A stretch of 64,000 nt of DNA from a bacterium. GTDB taxonomy: Bacteria; Patescibacteriota; Microgenomatia; Daviesbacterales; UBA10151. Shown in pieces: positions 47,803 through 57,515 of the stretch (position 1 is the first letter of the stretch; each line of letters starts with the position of its first letter). The position numbers were made by a program, and so were the translations under genes. The DNA lies in NCBI GenBank assembly GCA_021786315.1, contig JAJYNN010000003.1, positions 3,360 to 67,359 of the forward strand, given 5' to 3'. The notes beneath the pieces were generated by a model. The model did not search any database. It was not told the origin of the DNA and was given only the letters and a program-made list of their open reading frames with translations.

Positions 47803-48972
47803 ATGATTAATCTTTCCCCAGACCAGCAACGTGCCCTGGATAAAATCCTTCTTTGGTTTAATAAAGAAAAAGACCAAAAACAATTCATTACCTTGGGAGG
47901 TTATGCCGGCACCGGCAAAACAACCTTGATTTCCATCCTCCGGGAAAACTTAGATAAAATTGACCCAGATTTAAAGGTGGCTTTTGTCTCCTACACCGGC
48001 AAAGCCGCGAGGATTTTAAAAACAAAATTGCGGGATCAAAACGTCATCCTTCCTGATGACACAGTCAGCACTATTCACTCCTTAATCTATTCCCCCGTTG
48101 TGAATGAAAAGGAGGAAATTATTGGCTGGCAAACCAAGGATGAAATTGAATGCAGCCTAATTATTATTGATGAGGCCTCGATGGTGGATGAAACAATCTG
48201 GCACCACCTTTTGTCCTACAAGAAACCCATTATTGTTGTTGGCGACCACGGCCAACTCCCCCCAATCAAAGGTAACTTTAATTTAATGCAGGAACCGCAG
48301 TTGCGGTTAGAGGAAATCCACCGCCAAGCCAGGGAAAACCCGATTATCGGTTTATCCATCCAGGCCCGGGAACACGGACTTGTTAGACCGGGAAAGTATT
48401 CTAAAAAAGTGCGCAAGTTTTCCCCGGAGGATTTTGATACCCAAGACGAGATGGGGGAAATGCTTTCCGGATTTAACACCGACACCTTAATTTTGTGTGG
48501 ATACAACACAACAAGACGAAAATTAAATAATCACATCAGGAATTCTTTGGGGTTTGAAACTCCGGAACCGTCATCCGGAGACCGAGTTATTTGTTTGCGT
48601 AATAATCATAAAGAAAAAATCTATAACGGGATGTTGGGAACTATTATCCGGATTAAGAAAAAGGATCCTAAGTGGTATGAGGCAGAAATTGCCATGGATG
48701 GTGAGGACCAAAATTATCACGGATTAATCTCTGTGGAGCAATTTAATTCTGATACCCCAATGAACTTTACGGAAAAAAGGAGCCAAATTATGGAAGGCGA
48801 CCTTTTTGATTTTGGTTATGCCTTAACGGTTCATAAAGCCCAAGGGTCTCAAGCCAAAAGGGTCATTCTTTTTGAAGAAAGGTTTAAACAAATGACAGAT
48901 GACACCTGGAAAAGATGGCTTTACACAGCAGTTACCAGAGCAGAGGAAGAATTATATATTTTTGGAGCTTAG
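47803..48972 (+). CDS. RecD-like SF1 helicase / ATP-dependent exoDNase alpha-subunit-like (AAA_30 + UvrD_C_2)
   Basis: Walker A GGYAGTGKTT. Walker B IIIDEASMVDE. C-terminal YALTVHKAQGSQAKRVIL. Confidence 0.85.
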   Translation: MINLSPDQQRALDKILLWFNKEKDQKQFITLGGYAGTGKTTLISILRENLDKIDPDLKVAFVSYTGKAARILKTKLRDQNVILPDDTVSTIHSLIYSPVVNEKEEIIGWQTKDEIECSLIIIDEASMVDETIWHHLLSYKKPIIVVGDHGQLPPIKGNFNLMQEPQLRLEEIHRQARENPIIGLSIQAREHGLVRPGKYSKKVRKFSPEDFDTQDEMGEMLSGFNTDTLILCGYNTTRRKLNNHIRNSLGFETPEPSSGDRVICLRNNHKEKIYNGMLGTIIRIKKKDPKWYEAEIAMDGEDQNYHGLISVEQFNSDTPMNFTEKRSQIMEGDLFDFGYALTVHKAQGSQAKRVILFEERFKQMTDDTWKRWLYTAVTRAEEELYIFGA

Positions 48973-48980
48973 TCGTCTTC
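48919..48980. repeat. copy A of an imperfect 60-bp direct repeat (3' end of the recD-like gene); copy B at 49530-49590
   Basis: A: ctttacacagcagttaccagagcagaggaagaattatatatttttggagcttagtcgtcttc. B: ctttatactgccatcacccgcgccgaagaagaactatatatttttggatcttagtcgcttc. About 80% identity. B encodes ...YTAITRAEEELYIFGS* versus the gene's ...YTAVTRAEEELYIFGA*. Confidence 0.85.
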
Positions 48981-49472
48981 AGTCAAGTCCGGAGGTAAAA
49001 TGACCCCTACTCCTTCTTGAGCTATTTTAGCGATTGCTTCTTCAGGAGTCATTCTCATCCTCTCTGAATAAGAAACAACGGCTCGGGAAATATTTACAGC
49101 ATAAGGAGTATTTTTATATCTTAAAGCCACGGATAAATCAGCCAGATCTACCCTTAATAACTTTTGATGAATATTTCTTAACCAATTTTCCAAACCTCTT
49201 TGAATCTCTGGTCCTTGTTCGGACTGAGATATAGCTACGGCTAAACTTCCAGCAATCCTTTCACCATCTCTTTCTAAAATCTCTTCAATACATGGGATAC
49301 AAGCAGTAGTTCCGTCATCAAATCCAAGATGAGGCCGATTATGTTTTTGACAATATAAACCACTTTCGATGGAACAGCTTATACAGGCAAGAGTATTTAA
49401 TCTGCCATCAGGTTGTTTTTTCGGAAGTAAAACTATTGTTTCTGGATCTGCTCCACAAATCTCACAATTCAC
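48969..49472 (-). CDS. hypothetical Cys-rich protein (167 aa)
   Basis: N-terminal CxxC...CxxC...C...CxxC (MNCEICG...CISCS...C...CIPC). Sits between the two direct-repeat copies. AT-richer than the flanks. Confidence 0.55.
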   Translation of the reverse strand: MNCEICGADPETIVLLPKKQPDGRLNTLACISCSIESGLYCQKHNRPHLGFDDGTTACIPCIEEILERDGERIAGSLAVAISQSEQGPEIQRGLENWLRNIHQKLLRVDLADLSVALRYKNTPYAVNISRAVVSYSERMRMTPEEAIAKIAQEGVGVILPPDLTEDD

Positions 49473-49607
49473 AGCCCTAATTTTACTCTTTAACCTTAAA
49501 ATAATCCATTAAATATCCAGAAGATAGAACTTTATACTGCCATCACCCGCGCCGAAGAAGAACTATATATTTTTGGATCTTAGTCGCTTCATTAAAGATA
49601 AAGCTGT

Positions 49608-50249
49608 TTGATTTTTGACAAGATAAAGAGTATCTTAAGGCCAATCAGCTCTAAGATCATGGTCGTCATTTTAGTCTTGCTATTTTTAATTTCCCCTTTT
49701 CTATTAATTGCATGTTTAATTAGACCTTCATTAACTAACACTTTGATAAAACACAATTTATCCAGAAAACAAATTGGCCTCTATTTTGGAATAATAATTG
49801 TTGTACTGTTTATTCTTATCGGAATTACCAATCCAGCTCCCCAAAATCAACCGAAATCTGGGAGTGGAACTAAACCCCAAACTTCAGATTCTCAAAACTT
49901 AAATGTTAACTCAGGCAAAGTAAGTCCTTCCCCTAAAATAACCCCTACAATCTCACCTACCAATACACCCACTCCAACAAAAGTTATTGCTCCTTCTCCA
50001 ACCAATAGACCTTATCTAATCCCTACTTTTGTACCAACAAGTACGCCCACCATACAACAGACTTACCAACCGGCAACACAAACCCAAACCTATACTAGTT
50101 CTTATATCTGTAATTGTAGTAAAACATGTACCCAAATTTCCTCCTGTGCCGAAGCTCAATATCTTTTAAATGTTTGCGGATGTAGCGCTCGAGATGCTGA
50201 TGGAGATGGAATAGCTTGCGACGGAGCTCCACTTCATTGTCAAAATTAA
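49608..50249 (+). CDS. membrane-anchored protein with Pro/Thr-rich linker and C-terminal Excalibur calcium-binding domain
   Basis: N-terminal TM helices. PT-rich linker. C-terminal CNCSKTCTQISSCAEAQYLLNVCGCSARDADGDGIACDG matches the Excalibur domain (conserved Cys pattern and DxDxDGxxCE loop). Confidence 0.75.
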   Translation: MIFDKIKSILRPISSKIMVVILVLLFLISPFLLIACLIRPSLTNTLIKHNLSRKQIGLYFGIIIVVLFILIGITNPAPQNQPKSGSGTKPQTSDSQNLNVNSGKVSPSPKITPTISPTNTPTPTKVIAPSPTNRPYLIPTFVPTSTPTIQQTYQPATQTQTYTSSYICNCSKTCTQISSCAEAQYLLNVCGCSARDADGDGIACDGAPLHCQN

Positions 50250-50259
50250 TTGCAAAACT

Positions 50260-53200
50260 TTAGTTTAATAACTCCGTAACCGATTGAACTACTGTATTAC
50301 GATCAAATTTTTCATTAATCCAATCTGCATATTTGATACGGCAAAACTTCCAACCCGCAGCTTCAAGTACACGTTGGCGTTCTTCGTCACTTTCAACATG
50401 AATACCATAAGCTTCATCTATTTCATCCTTAAAATGGCATGGACCATCACACTCGATAGCCAAACGTTTACCAGTATTTGCATTACTTACAACAAAGTCA
50501 ATTCGAAAACCACAACTCTCTACCTGGTTTTGGATTTTATACCCTCGTTTTAAATTTGAGCGCATCAGATTAAAAAATTCTTCTTCAAAATATGAATCAA
50601 AAGGCTTAATCTCCGTGGAATAAAATGCGACTTCTCCGTTTTCCTGTATATATTCAAGATATTTTTTGAGCCAAATTTTCTCAGGAATATCATTGATAGG
50701 CATACTTACAAAGCAATGAACCTGCAGTTTGGCGCGCGAAAATGCGACATTAACTCTTCCTTTGTTAATATCAGCTCTTATATCTCCACTTTCTCCAGTC
50801 AAAGGCACGTATTTTCTTTTTTGATCAGGTGTTCTAATAACGAACGAATAAATTATTATATCCTTTTCGTCACCTTGAATACCTTCAATTATACTTACCT
50901 TGTAATTATCGTTTTCCTCTTTAAATCCTTCCTGCTCAAAGAGATCACGGATGTAAGCCGCCTGCGCATTAAAGAAAGATAAGATACCAACAGATTTGTT
51001 TTTATAACACTCATCCTTACGTAGATCCTTGAAAAAGTTTAATATTGCTTTAGCTTCAGCAACATTTACATTATCTGAAAACTCTTCGCTCCAATCAGAT
51101 TTAATCTCATGAATAAGCATTACTCGATTCGTGTCCTTATAAGTCAAATAATTACTATTAACTGGAATCAGCTCTTTACCTTTAGGTGTATAGAAAAATT
51201 CATTACTAAACCCAATCAACTCAGCAGGTGAACGATAATGATATCTGAGAGGCTTGGCCATAAAACCTCGTTTCTCCGCAATTTCTAAGACCGATTGCAC
51301 AGCCGATCCTGTCGCCTTAATCTGTCGTTCTTCAGGTATCTGATATCGTCGCGCTAAGTCGTCAAACACTCGGTTGGATTTAAACATAACAGTGGTATCA
51401 CGCATTTGTTCACTATCACCAACAAAGAGAACTTTATTCGTGCGGTACATCACAGGTAATGTATATGCAACGTTACATTGAGACGCTTCATCCAAAATTA
51501 CATAGTCAAATAAACCAGCTTCAAGTGGGATAATGCGACTTGCATCATCAAGTTCCATAATCCAGATGGGAATCAAATCCAAAACAACGTTGAAATTGTT
51601 TACGTCTTTACGAAGATTATCAAATGTCTTAAAAGCTTTTTTAGATTTTCCAAAAGCGCTTGCAAGTTTCCTTACTATCTGTTTGATTGTTATGCCTGAC
51701 TTCCATTTTTCCATAATTCTCATATCAATAATGTTCTGAAGATAAAGAGCAACTCTCTTGGCGCGTTCCTGTTCGAAATGTTTTAAGGCAGAATTTATTT
51801 GATTTACGCTAGCAGTTTTGGCTAATTCTTGTAACTCCGCCTCAATCTCGTGCACCTTCACGATCTTATTCTTAATTTCTTCGAAGCCAACAGAAGTACA
51901 TTCATCAATCTTCCCGTCTAAAACTTCGAATTCTTTGTCAGATAGTCCGCATTCATCTAAAGTTTCTTCTAATTTTTCATTGGCTTTATCTAGAATTTGA
52001 ATATTTTCAAAAAAATAGCAATATTTATACAGTCGATCAAGCAATTTTACTTTTTCCTCTTTCCCAAAATTGCTTTTCAAAATTTCATCTATATGATCGT
52101 AGATCTTCATGGGTAATTTAGAAAAAGTGTTTTTAAGTCGTATCCTCCGCTTGAAATTATTAACATTGCGCAAAATATGCGAATGACGATCATACCCAGT
52201 TTTTATAACATCCTCTCTAATCTCTGCCGTTGCTTTAGCAAAATCACCGTTTTTCAGATCAAAATCCGAAAAAATCTTGTCATACTTTTTCTTTTCTTCA
52301 CTATGCTCATATTCTTTGATTACCTCATTCAGCGTCTCAATTTCTTTTTTTAATGTTTTTATTTCTTTCCATTCAGCCGTTGACATATTTTTTGCAAAAC
52401 TCTCATAATCAGAAATGCTCAAGTTATATTCTTCAAGCGAAGCAATCTCTTGATGAAGTTTGTATACTCGCCTCTGAGTATCAATAATTTTATTAACATC
52501 TTTACGCTTCTCTTCTTTTTCCTCCACTACTCCTTCAATTTCTGGTAATTCAATCGAACTTCCTGCCCATTGATATTTATAATTAAGTTTTTCAATATAA
52601 GAACCAAGTGCACTCAACTGCGGGGCAATACCATCTGCTTCATCATCGTCTCCGAGTTGCGCTGAATTAGGGTTAGGTAAATAACCAAAAAGATACTTTA
52701 CTTCAAGCTTCTTAAGCTTATCCTTCACAACTTTCAATGCTTGAGCCTTCTGGCTTACGAATAATACGCGATTCCCAGTTGCAGCGAGGTGACAAAGGAT
52801 ATTTGAAATTGTCTCAGATTTTCCAGTACCCGGAGGCCCTTGGATAATTGCCCCTTTATTACCAAGTAAAGAGAGAGTTGAAAGCTGATATTTGTCATAC
52901 AAAAATGGAAAATATAAATCTTTCTCGTGAGGTACATCACTCTCAATATTTAAACCTTCATCTTGAGTCCAACTCGTAAGAGCAGTTTTAGAGAGTTCCT
53001 CCTCAGTTAGTTTTGTAAGTTTTGCCAAATCTTCAGCTAGAAAATAATTAGCTTTTGCACTTAAAGCAATTTTAATTTCATCCAACGAAAAAGAATCTTC
53101 ATCAAAATTAGCTTCTTTTAACCGCAACTGGGCTTTGATTTTATGCCAAATTTCTGTAAATATTTCTAAATCAGTTATAGGTAAAGTTAGTCTTCCATCA

Positions 53201-53808
53201 ATTTCGTATTTACCCATCTCTTCCAAAAGCTGAAAATATAAACCTTCACCAAGAATCGCTTCTAGTATTCCAATGTTCACTTGTATTTCTGAGTCAATGA
53301 AATATACGTAGTATCGCCCTACCCCGCTTTTACTAATCTCTTTTTCGATTCTGACTGGTAAAGAGAAGAGGGGATAACGATCTATCTTCGTTTTAGTGGA
53401 TTTTTCTTCTATAGCCTCTTCTTGTTCATCCGATGTAATAATATCTCCGTCTTCCTCTACGGGAATCTCTATTTCAAAATAACCAAAACTTAATATAACT
53501 TGTTTTGTATATTGATCATTTCTCTGCTTGTCATAAATTTCATCTATTTTGTTCGCTAATTCTTTTTCGCTCTCGTAATCCTTTTTCTTTTCTTCAGGCA
53601 CATCCTTTGGATCGTACTCATAAAAGGTTTTAAGATCAATTAATTCCGCTATTTTTTCATCGGTATCTCCATTTAGCAATCCAAGTAATCCGAAGTAACC
53701 TGCGGGTATATCAACAGCATATTTTTGTTGCGCTAATACAGTACGCGCCCTTGTTAGTTTTATATAACCTAGGCAATACTTTATAAAATTTAAAAGGTTG
53801 TCATCCAT
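50260..53808 (-). CDS. large SF1 (Upf1/DNA2-like, AAA_11+AAA_12) helicase fused to a C-terminal Vsr/DUF559-like restriction-endonuclease-fold domain (Hhe-like)
   Basis: Walker A IIQGPPGTGKSETI. Walker B VILDEASQ. AAA_12-type C-terminal helicase motifs (VGILSFFNAQA...VNVAFSRAK). C-terminal GFRIDFVVSNANTGKRLAIECDGPCH (DUF559/Vsr-like). Long N-terminal DUF4011-like region. The gene is clearly AT-richer than its surroundings. Confidence 0.8.
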   Translation of the reverse strand: MDDNLLNFIKYCLGYIKLTRARTVLAQQKYAVDIPAGYFGLLGLLNGDTDEKIAELIDLKTFYEYDPKDVPEEKKKDYESEKELANKIDEIYDKQRNDQYTKQVILSFGYFEIEIPVEEDGDIITSDEQEEAIEEKSTKTKIDRYPLFSLPVRIEKEISKSGVGRYYVYFIDSEIQVNIGILEAILGEGLYFQLLEEMGKYEIDGRLTLPITDLEIFTEIWHKIKAQLRLKEANFDEDSFSLDEIKIALSAKANYFLAEDLAKLTKLTEEELSKTALTSWTQDEGLNIESDVPHEKDLYFPFLYDKYQLSTLSLLGNKGAIIQGPPGTGKSETISNILCHLAATGNRVLFVSQKAQALKVVKDKLKKLEVKYLFGYLPNPNSAQLGDDDEADGIAPQLSALGSYIEKLNYKYQWAGSSIELPEIEGVVEEKEEKRKDVNKIIDTQRRVYKLHQEIASLEEYNLSISDYESFAKNMSTAEWKEIKTLKKEIETLNEVIKEYEHSEEKKKYDKIFSDFDLKNGDFAKATAEIREDVIKTGYDRHSHILRNVNNFKRRIRLKNTFSKLPMKIYDHIDEILKSNFGKEEKVKLLDRLYKYCYFFENIQILDKANEKLEETLDECGLSDKEFEVLDGKIDECTSVGFEEIKNKIVKVHEIEAELQELAKTASVNQINSALKHFEQERAKRVALYLQNIIDMRIMEKWKSGITIKQIVRKLASAFGKSKKAFKTFDNLRKDVNNFNVVLDLIPIWIMELDDASRIIPLEAGLFDYVILDEASQCNVAYTLPVMYRTNKVLFVGDSEQMRDTTVMFKSNRVFDDLARRYQIPEERQIKATGSAVQSVLEIAEKRGFMAKPLRYHYRSPAELIGFSNEFFYTPKGKELIPVNSNYLTYKDTNRVMLIHEIKSDWSEEFSDNVNVAEAKAILNFFKDLRKDECYKNKSVGILSFFNAQAAYIRDLFEQEGFKEENDNYKVSIIEGIQGDEKDIIIYSFVIRTPDQKRKYVPLTGESGDIRADINKGRVNVAFSRAKLQVHCFVSMPINDIPEKIWLKKYLEYIQENGEVAFYSTEIKPFDSYFEEEFFNLMRSNLKRGYKIQNQVESCGFRIDFVVSNANTGKRLAIECDGPCHFKDEIDEAYGIHVESDEERQRVLEAAGWKFCRIKYADWINEKFDRNTVVQSVTELLN

Positions 53809-53979
53809 AAAATAGTCTGACTATAAACCTAATCAAGCGAAATTTTAAAAATCTGAATTTGTTCTTTTTGAAGAAAGATAGGGGTAATAAAATCCATATC
53901 TTGTCTCGCCTAACATTTTAGTACTTAATATAATCTAAAACAAGATAAGCTAATCTTATTTTTTCTAAATTGGCTGGTA

Positions 53980-54486
53980 TTATTTTACATCAAGAAGTTC
54001 GAGTTCGAAGATGAGAGTGGAGTTGGGTGGGATAACTCCCATATCCCGGGAGCCGTAGCCTAAATCAGGTGGGATGGTTAACTTTCTTTTTCCACCAACC
54101 TTCATGCCTATTACCCCTTCATCCCAACCTTTAATCACCTGTCCCACCCCAATTTGGGTTACAAAAGCTTGATTCCGATCGTATGAAGAATCAAACTTTT
54201 GCCCGTTTTCCAAGGTGCCAACATAATTAATGGTCACTGTATCCCCGGATTTTACTTCTTTCCCGGTTCCCACTTTTATGTCTTCAATCTTTAGCTCTCC
54301 CGAAGGGGAAGCATCAACAGGGGCCGCGGAAATTGATTCACTTTGGGTAATGGTTTTTGAGTTGTCCCCGGATGCAGCACTGTCGTCCTTATTTGACATC
54401 ACCACCAAGGCTACCACAACAATGAGAACCAATACAAGACCGGGAACAATAAATTTTTTAGACACCGAAAGATTATAGTCCGACAT
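53980..54486 (-). CDS. FKBP-type peptidyl-prolyl cis-trans isomerase (membrane-anchored)
   Basis: N-terminal TM. FKBP domain GDTVTINYVGTLENGQKFDSSYDRNQAFVTQIGVGQVIKGWDEGVIGMKVGGKRKLTIPPDLGYG. Confidence 0.9.
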   Translation of the reverse strand: MSDYNLSVSKKFIVPGLVLVLIVVVALVVMSNKDDSAASGDNSKTITQSESISAAPVDASPSGELKIEDIKVGTGKEVKSGDTVTINYVGTLENGQKFDSSYDRNQAFVTQIGVGQVIKGWDEGVIGMKVGGKRKLTIPPDLGYGSRDMGVIPPNSTLIFELELLDVK

Positions 54487-54564
54487 GGACCAAAAGTCTA
54501 TGGACTATAACACGTTCCCCTTCCTATTAAGGCGCAATTATTTATATAATGGATATACCTACCC

Positions 54565-55569
54565 ATGAAAATTTGTATCTTTGAAATTACTGAAGCTGAG
54601 AAGGAAGATTATTTTGTTAAGGAATTAGAGGGACACGAGGTAACTTTTATAGAAGATCCTTTGGCTGAAGGCTGTATTCCGGAAGAAACCGATTTTGATA
54701 TTATCTCTGTTTTTGTTTGTTCGAAGGTAACGGATAAAGTAATTTCCGCTTTTCCTAATTTAAAACATATTGCCACCCGTTCCACCGGTTTTGACCACAT
54801 CGATACCCAGTTTGCCAAAAGCAAAGGAATTACGGTTTCCACGGTTCCGGCTTACGGGTCGCACACCGTGGCCGAGTTTGCCTTTGGCTTAATCCTTTCC
54901 CTGTCCCGGAAAATCCCGGCAGCCGTTAACCGGATAAAGATGGGTAACGATTTTGATTTTGAGGGACTGCGGGGATTCGATTTATCCGAAAAAACCCTGG
55001 GGGTGGTGGGGACTGGAAAAATCGGGGCCAATGTCATTAGAATTGCCAAGGGTTTTAATATGAAGGTTTTGGCTTGTGACCCATATCCTAATAATGAGCT
55101 TTCCAAAACTTTAGGTTTTGAGTATGTTTCCTTGGGTGAACTTTTAAGGGATGCGGATATTGTTACCCTGCACACCCCCTATTTGCCGGAAACCCACCAT
55201 TTAATAAATAAGGAAAATATCCTGCTCATGAAAAAGGGGGCATTTTTAATAAACACCTCCCGGGGGGCGGTTGTGGAAACCGAAGCCTTGTTTCAGGCTT
55301 TAACCCAGGAACATATTGCCGGGGCGGCGTTGGATGTTTTTGAGGAGGAAAATGACTTAAAGGAAGAGGCGGAGCTTTTATCCAACAAGAAAGTTTCCGC
55401 CAAAGAATTCAGGACTGTGGTGGAGGATCATATCTTAATGCATTTGCCAAACGTTATTGCCACTCCCCACATGGCCTTCTATACCAAAGAAGCCGAATTT
55501 TCCATTCTGGAAACCACGGTTAAAAACATTAAAGGCTTTATATCGGGAAGTCCAGAAAATATAGTGTAA
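54565..55569 (+). CDS. D-isomer-specific 2-hydroxyacid dehydrogenase (D-lactate dehydrogenase-like)
   Basis: NAD-binding GVVGTGKIGANV. Catalytic R/E/H arrangement. 334 aa. Confidence 0.8.
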   Translation: MKICIFEITEAEKEDYFVKELEGHEVTFIEDPLAEGCIPEETDFDIISVFVCSKVTDKVISAFPNLKHIATRSTGFDHIDTQFAKSKGITVSTVPAYGSHTVAEFAFGLILSLSRKIPAAVNRIKMGNDFDFEGLRGFDLSEKTLGVVGTGKIGANVIRIAKGFNMKVLACDPYPNNELSKTLGFEYVSLGELLRDADIVTLHTPYLPETHHLINKENILLMKKGAFLINTSRGAVVETEALFQALTQEHIAGAALDVFEEENDLKEEAELLSNKKVSAKEFRTVVEDHILMHLPNVIATPHMAFYTKEAEFSILETTVKNIKGFISGSPENIV

Positions 55570-55612
55570 TTTCCAGGGGTGTCTTCTAAGCAAAGCTTAA
55601 GAGCTTCGCTCA

Positions 55613-55649
55613 TAAGGTGACGCCTTTACGTACGTCAAGGCGTCACCTT
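55613..55649. repeat. palindromic element aaggtgacgcc-N15-ggcgtcacctt, same arms as 47681-47732
   Basis: 11-bp perfect inverted arms, located between convergent genes (2-hydroxyacid DH and gpm). No U-run on either side. Confidence 0.7.
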
Positions 55650-55659
55650 GAAAATGCTT

Positions 55660-56274
55660 CTAGTCTGGTTTCTTTATCTCTTTGGATAAAATTTTTCCTT
55701 CAGCATCCATTTCATAAATATCAATTTCACCGGTGGCAATTTCTATATTGGGAATTTCTACATCCGGAATATCTTCAATGTATTTGACCAATGCCCGAAG
55801 TGAATTCCCGTGGGCCACCACCAAAACATTTTTGCCATTTTTTAAATCTTCCAAAATATGGCTTTGATAAAAAGGCACTACCCGGTTATAAACATCCTTT
55901 AAGGTTTCCCCATTGGGAACCGGTTCATCCCACCCTCTCCTGATCCTTTGAAACTTTTCTTCCCCAAATAATTTTTGCAGTTCCCATTTATTTTTTCCGG
56001 TATAATCCCCGTAATCCCTTTCGTTTAAGGCAGAATCCTCCACCGTTTCCAAATTTTCCGCCCCCAAGACTTTTTTAATTTCATCCAAAGTATGGATTGC
56101 CCGCAGCAGTTTGGAGGTATAGGCAATTTGAAAATTAATACCCCGGAGTTTTTCCCCAACTCCCCCGGCCACAGCCCTACCCTTAACATCCAAATCAATA
56201 TCCCGCCAACCGGTCCAAAGACCCTGGGCGTTCCAAACTGATTCACCATGTCGAACAAGTACTAAGTAACTCAT
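55660..56274 (-). CDS. gpmA: short-form phosphoglycerate mutase (histidine phosphatase family)
   Basis: LVLVRHGESVWNAQGLWTGWRDIDL: RHGE catalytic motif. 204 aa. Confidence 0.8.
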   Translation of the reverse strand: MSYLVLVRHGESVWNAQGLWTGWRDIDLDVKGRAVAGGVGEKLRGINFQIAYTSKLLRAIHTLDEIKKVLGAENLETVEDSALNERDYGDYTGKNKWELQKLFGEEKFQRIRRGWDEPVPNGETLKDVYNRVVPFYQSHILEDLKNGKNVLVVAHGNSLRALVKYIEDIPDVEIPNIEIATGEIDIYEMDAEGKILSKEIKKPD

Positions 56275-56294
56275 ATAATTTTTAATTTACAATT

Positions 56295-57485
56295 TTAAAT
56301 TTTAAAATTCCTTTCTATCTCCACCAACCGATGGTACTTTACCAGTCTTACTTCCTGCAAGGGGCAACCGGATTTAAAACCGTCAGCGCCGATCCCAGCC
56401 GCCAAATCCGCAATAAAGGTATCCATGGTTTCACCGGACCTGTGGGAAACAATCGTTTTCCAGCCGTAACTTTTGGCCAAATTTGCCGCCTGGATAGTTT
56501 CCGTCACTGTCCCGATTTGGGTGGGTTTAATAATGACGGCATTGATAGCATTCTTTTCTTTGGCTTTTCTAATTTGGGAAACATTGGTGGTGGTTAAATC
56601 ATCCCCCACAATCCAAGTTTTATTTCCAATTAATTCTAATAATTTGGCAAAACTTTCCGGGTCATCCTCCGAAAATGGGTCTTCAATAGAGAACATCGGG
56701 TAATCTGTCACTATCTTTTTATATAAATCCAAAAGCTGATCAGGAGTTAATAAATTATCCCCCACCAAATACCCGGCATCTTTTTTAAAGGTTGATGCCG
56801 CCACATCCAGCCCCAATAAACTATCTTCCCAACCCCCTTCTTTTCTGACTTCATCCAAAATCTGCAAACCTGTTAAAGGATCAGTGGAAGGAACGGTATA
56901 GCCGCCCTCATCCCCCTGTTTTAATTTTTCATATTTTTTATGGATTACTTCCCCCAAAACTTTAATGAACAATAAAACTTCATTTAAAGATTCCCGGGGG
57001 GAATTTGTTTGGGGGATCAGCAGGTATTCCTGAAAGGGTAGGGAATTTTCCGCGTGTACCCCACCCTCAATTAAGTTATAAAAACAAAGGGGTAACTTTT
57101 TCTCCCTATTGCCGGCAATTTTGGCAATCAATTCAAAAGTTTCCAAATTCCCTTTTTGGGCTAAAAGTTTAGTGAAGGCAATTGATAAAACCAAAATTAA
57201 ATTTCCACCAAGTTTAGATTTGTTAGGAGTTCCGTCAAGGGTTAAAAGCAAATGGTCAAATTGTTCCAGGGTGGAAAATTCGGTATCCCCGATTTGGGAT
57301 TTTATCCAGGGGATTTTTTCCAAAGCATTTTTAGGAGGGATTAGTGCGGCTTCGTTTTTCCCGGTGCTTTTTCCCGATGGAACAGAAGCAACAGCTGAGG
57401 TTTCTCCGGAAATCATCTCCGCTTCCAGTGTATCCTGTCCCCTCGAATCCGGAATTACCTTAAGTTGAATATCATCTATCTTCAT
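56295..57485 (-). CDS. eno: enolase
   Basis: VPSGKSTGKNEAAL (SGASTG-like) and IKPTQIGTVTETIQAANLAKSYGWKTIVSHRSGET (IKxNQIGTxTE...SHRSGETED signature). Confidence 0.88.
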   Translation of the reverse strand: MKIDDIQLKVIPDSRGQDTLEAEMISGETSAVASVPSGKSTGKNEAALIPPKNALEKIPWIKSQIGDTEFSTLEQFDHLLLTLDGTPNKSKLGGNLILVLSIAFTKLLAQKGNLETFELIAKIAGNREKKLPLCFYNLIEGGVHAENSLPFQEYLLIPQTNSPRESLNEVLLFIKVLGEVIHKKYEKLKQGDEGGYTVPSTDPLTGLQILDEVRKEGGWEDSLLGLDVAASTFKKDAGYLVGDNLLTPDQLLDLYKKIVTDYPMFSIEDPFSEDDPESFAKLLELIGNKTWIVGDDLTTTNVSQIRKAKEKNAINAVIIKPTQIGTVTETIQAANLAKSYGWKTIVSHRSGETMDTFIADLAAGIGADGFKSGCPLQEVRLVKYHRLVEIERNFKI

Positions 57486-57515
57486 CTTCCACCCTTAATA
57501 CTAAATACTTACCCC

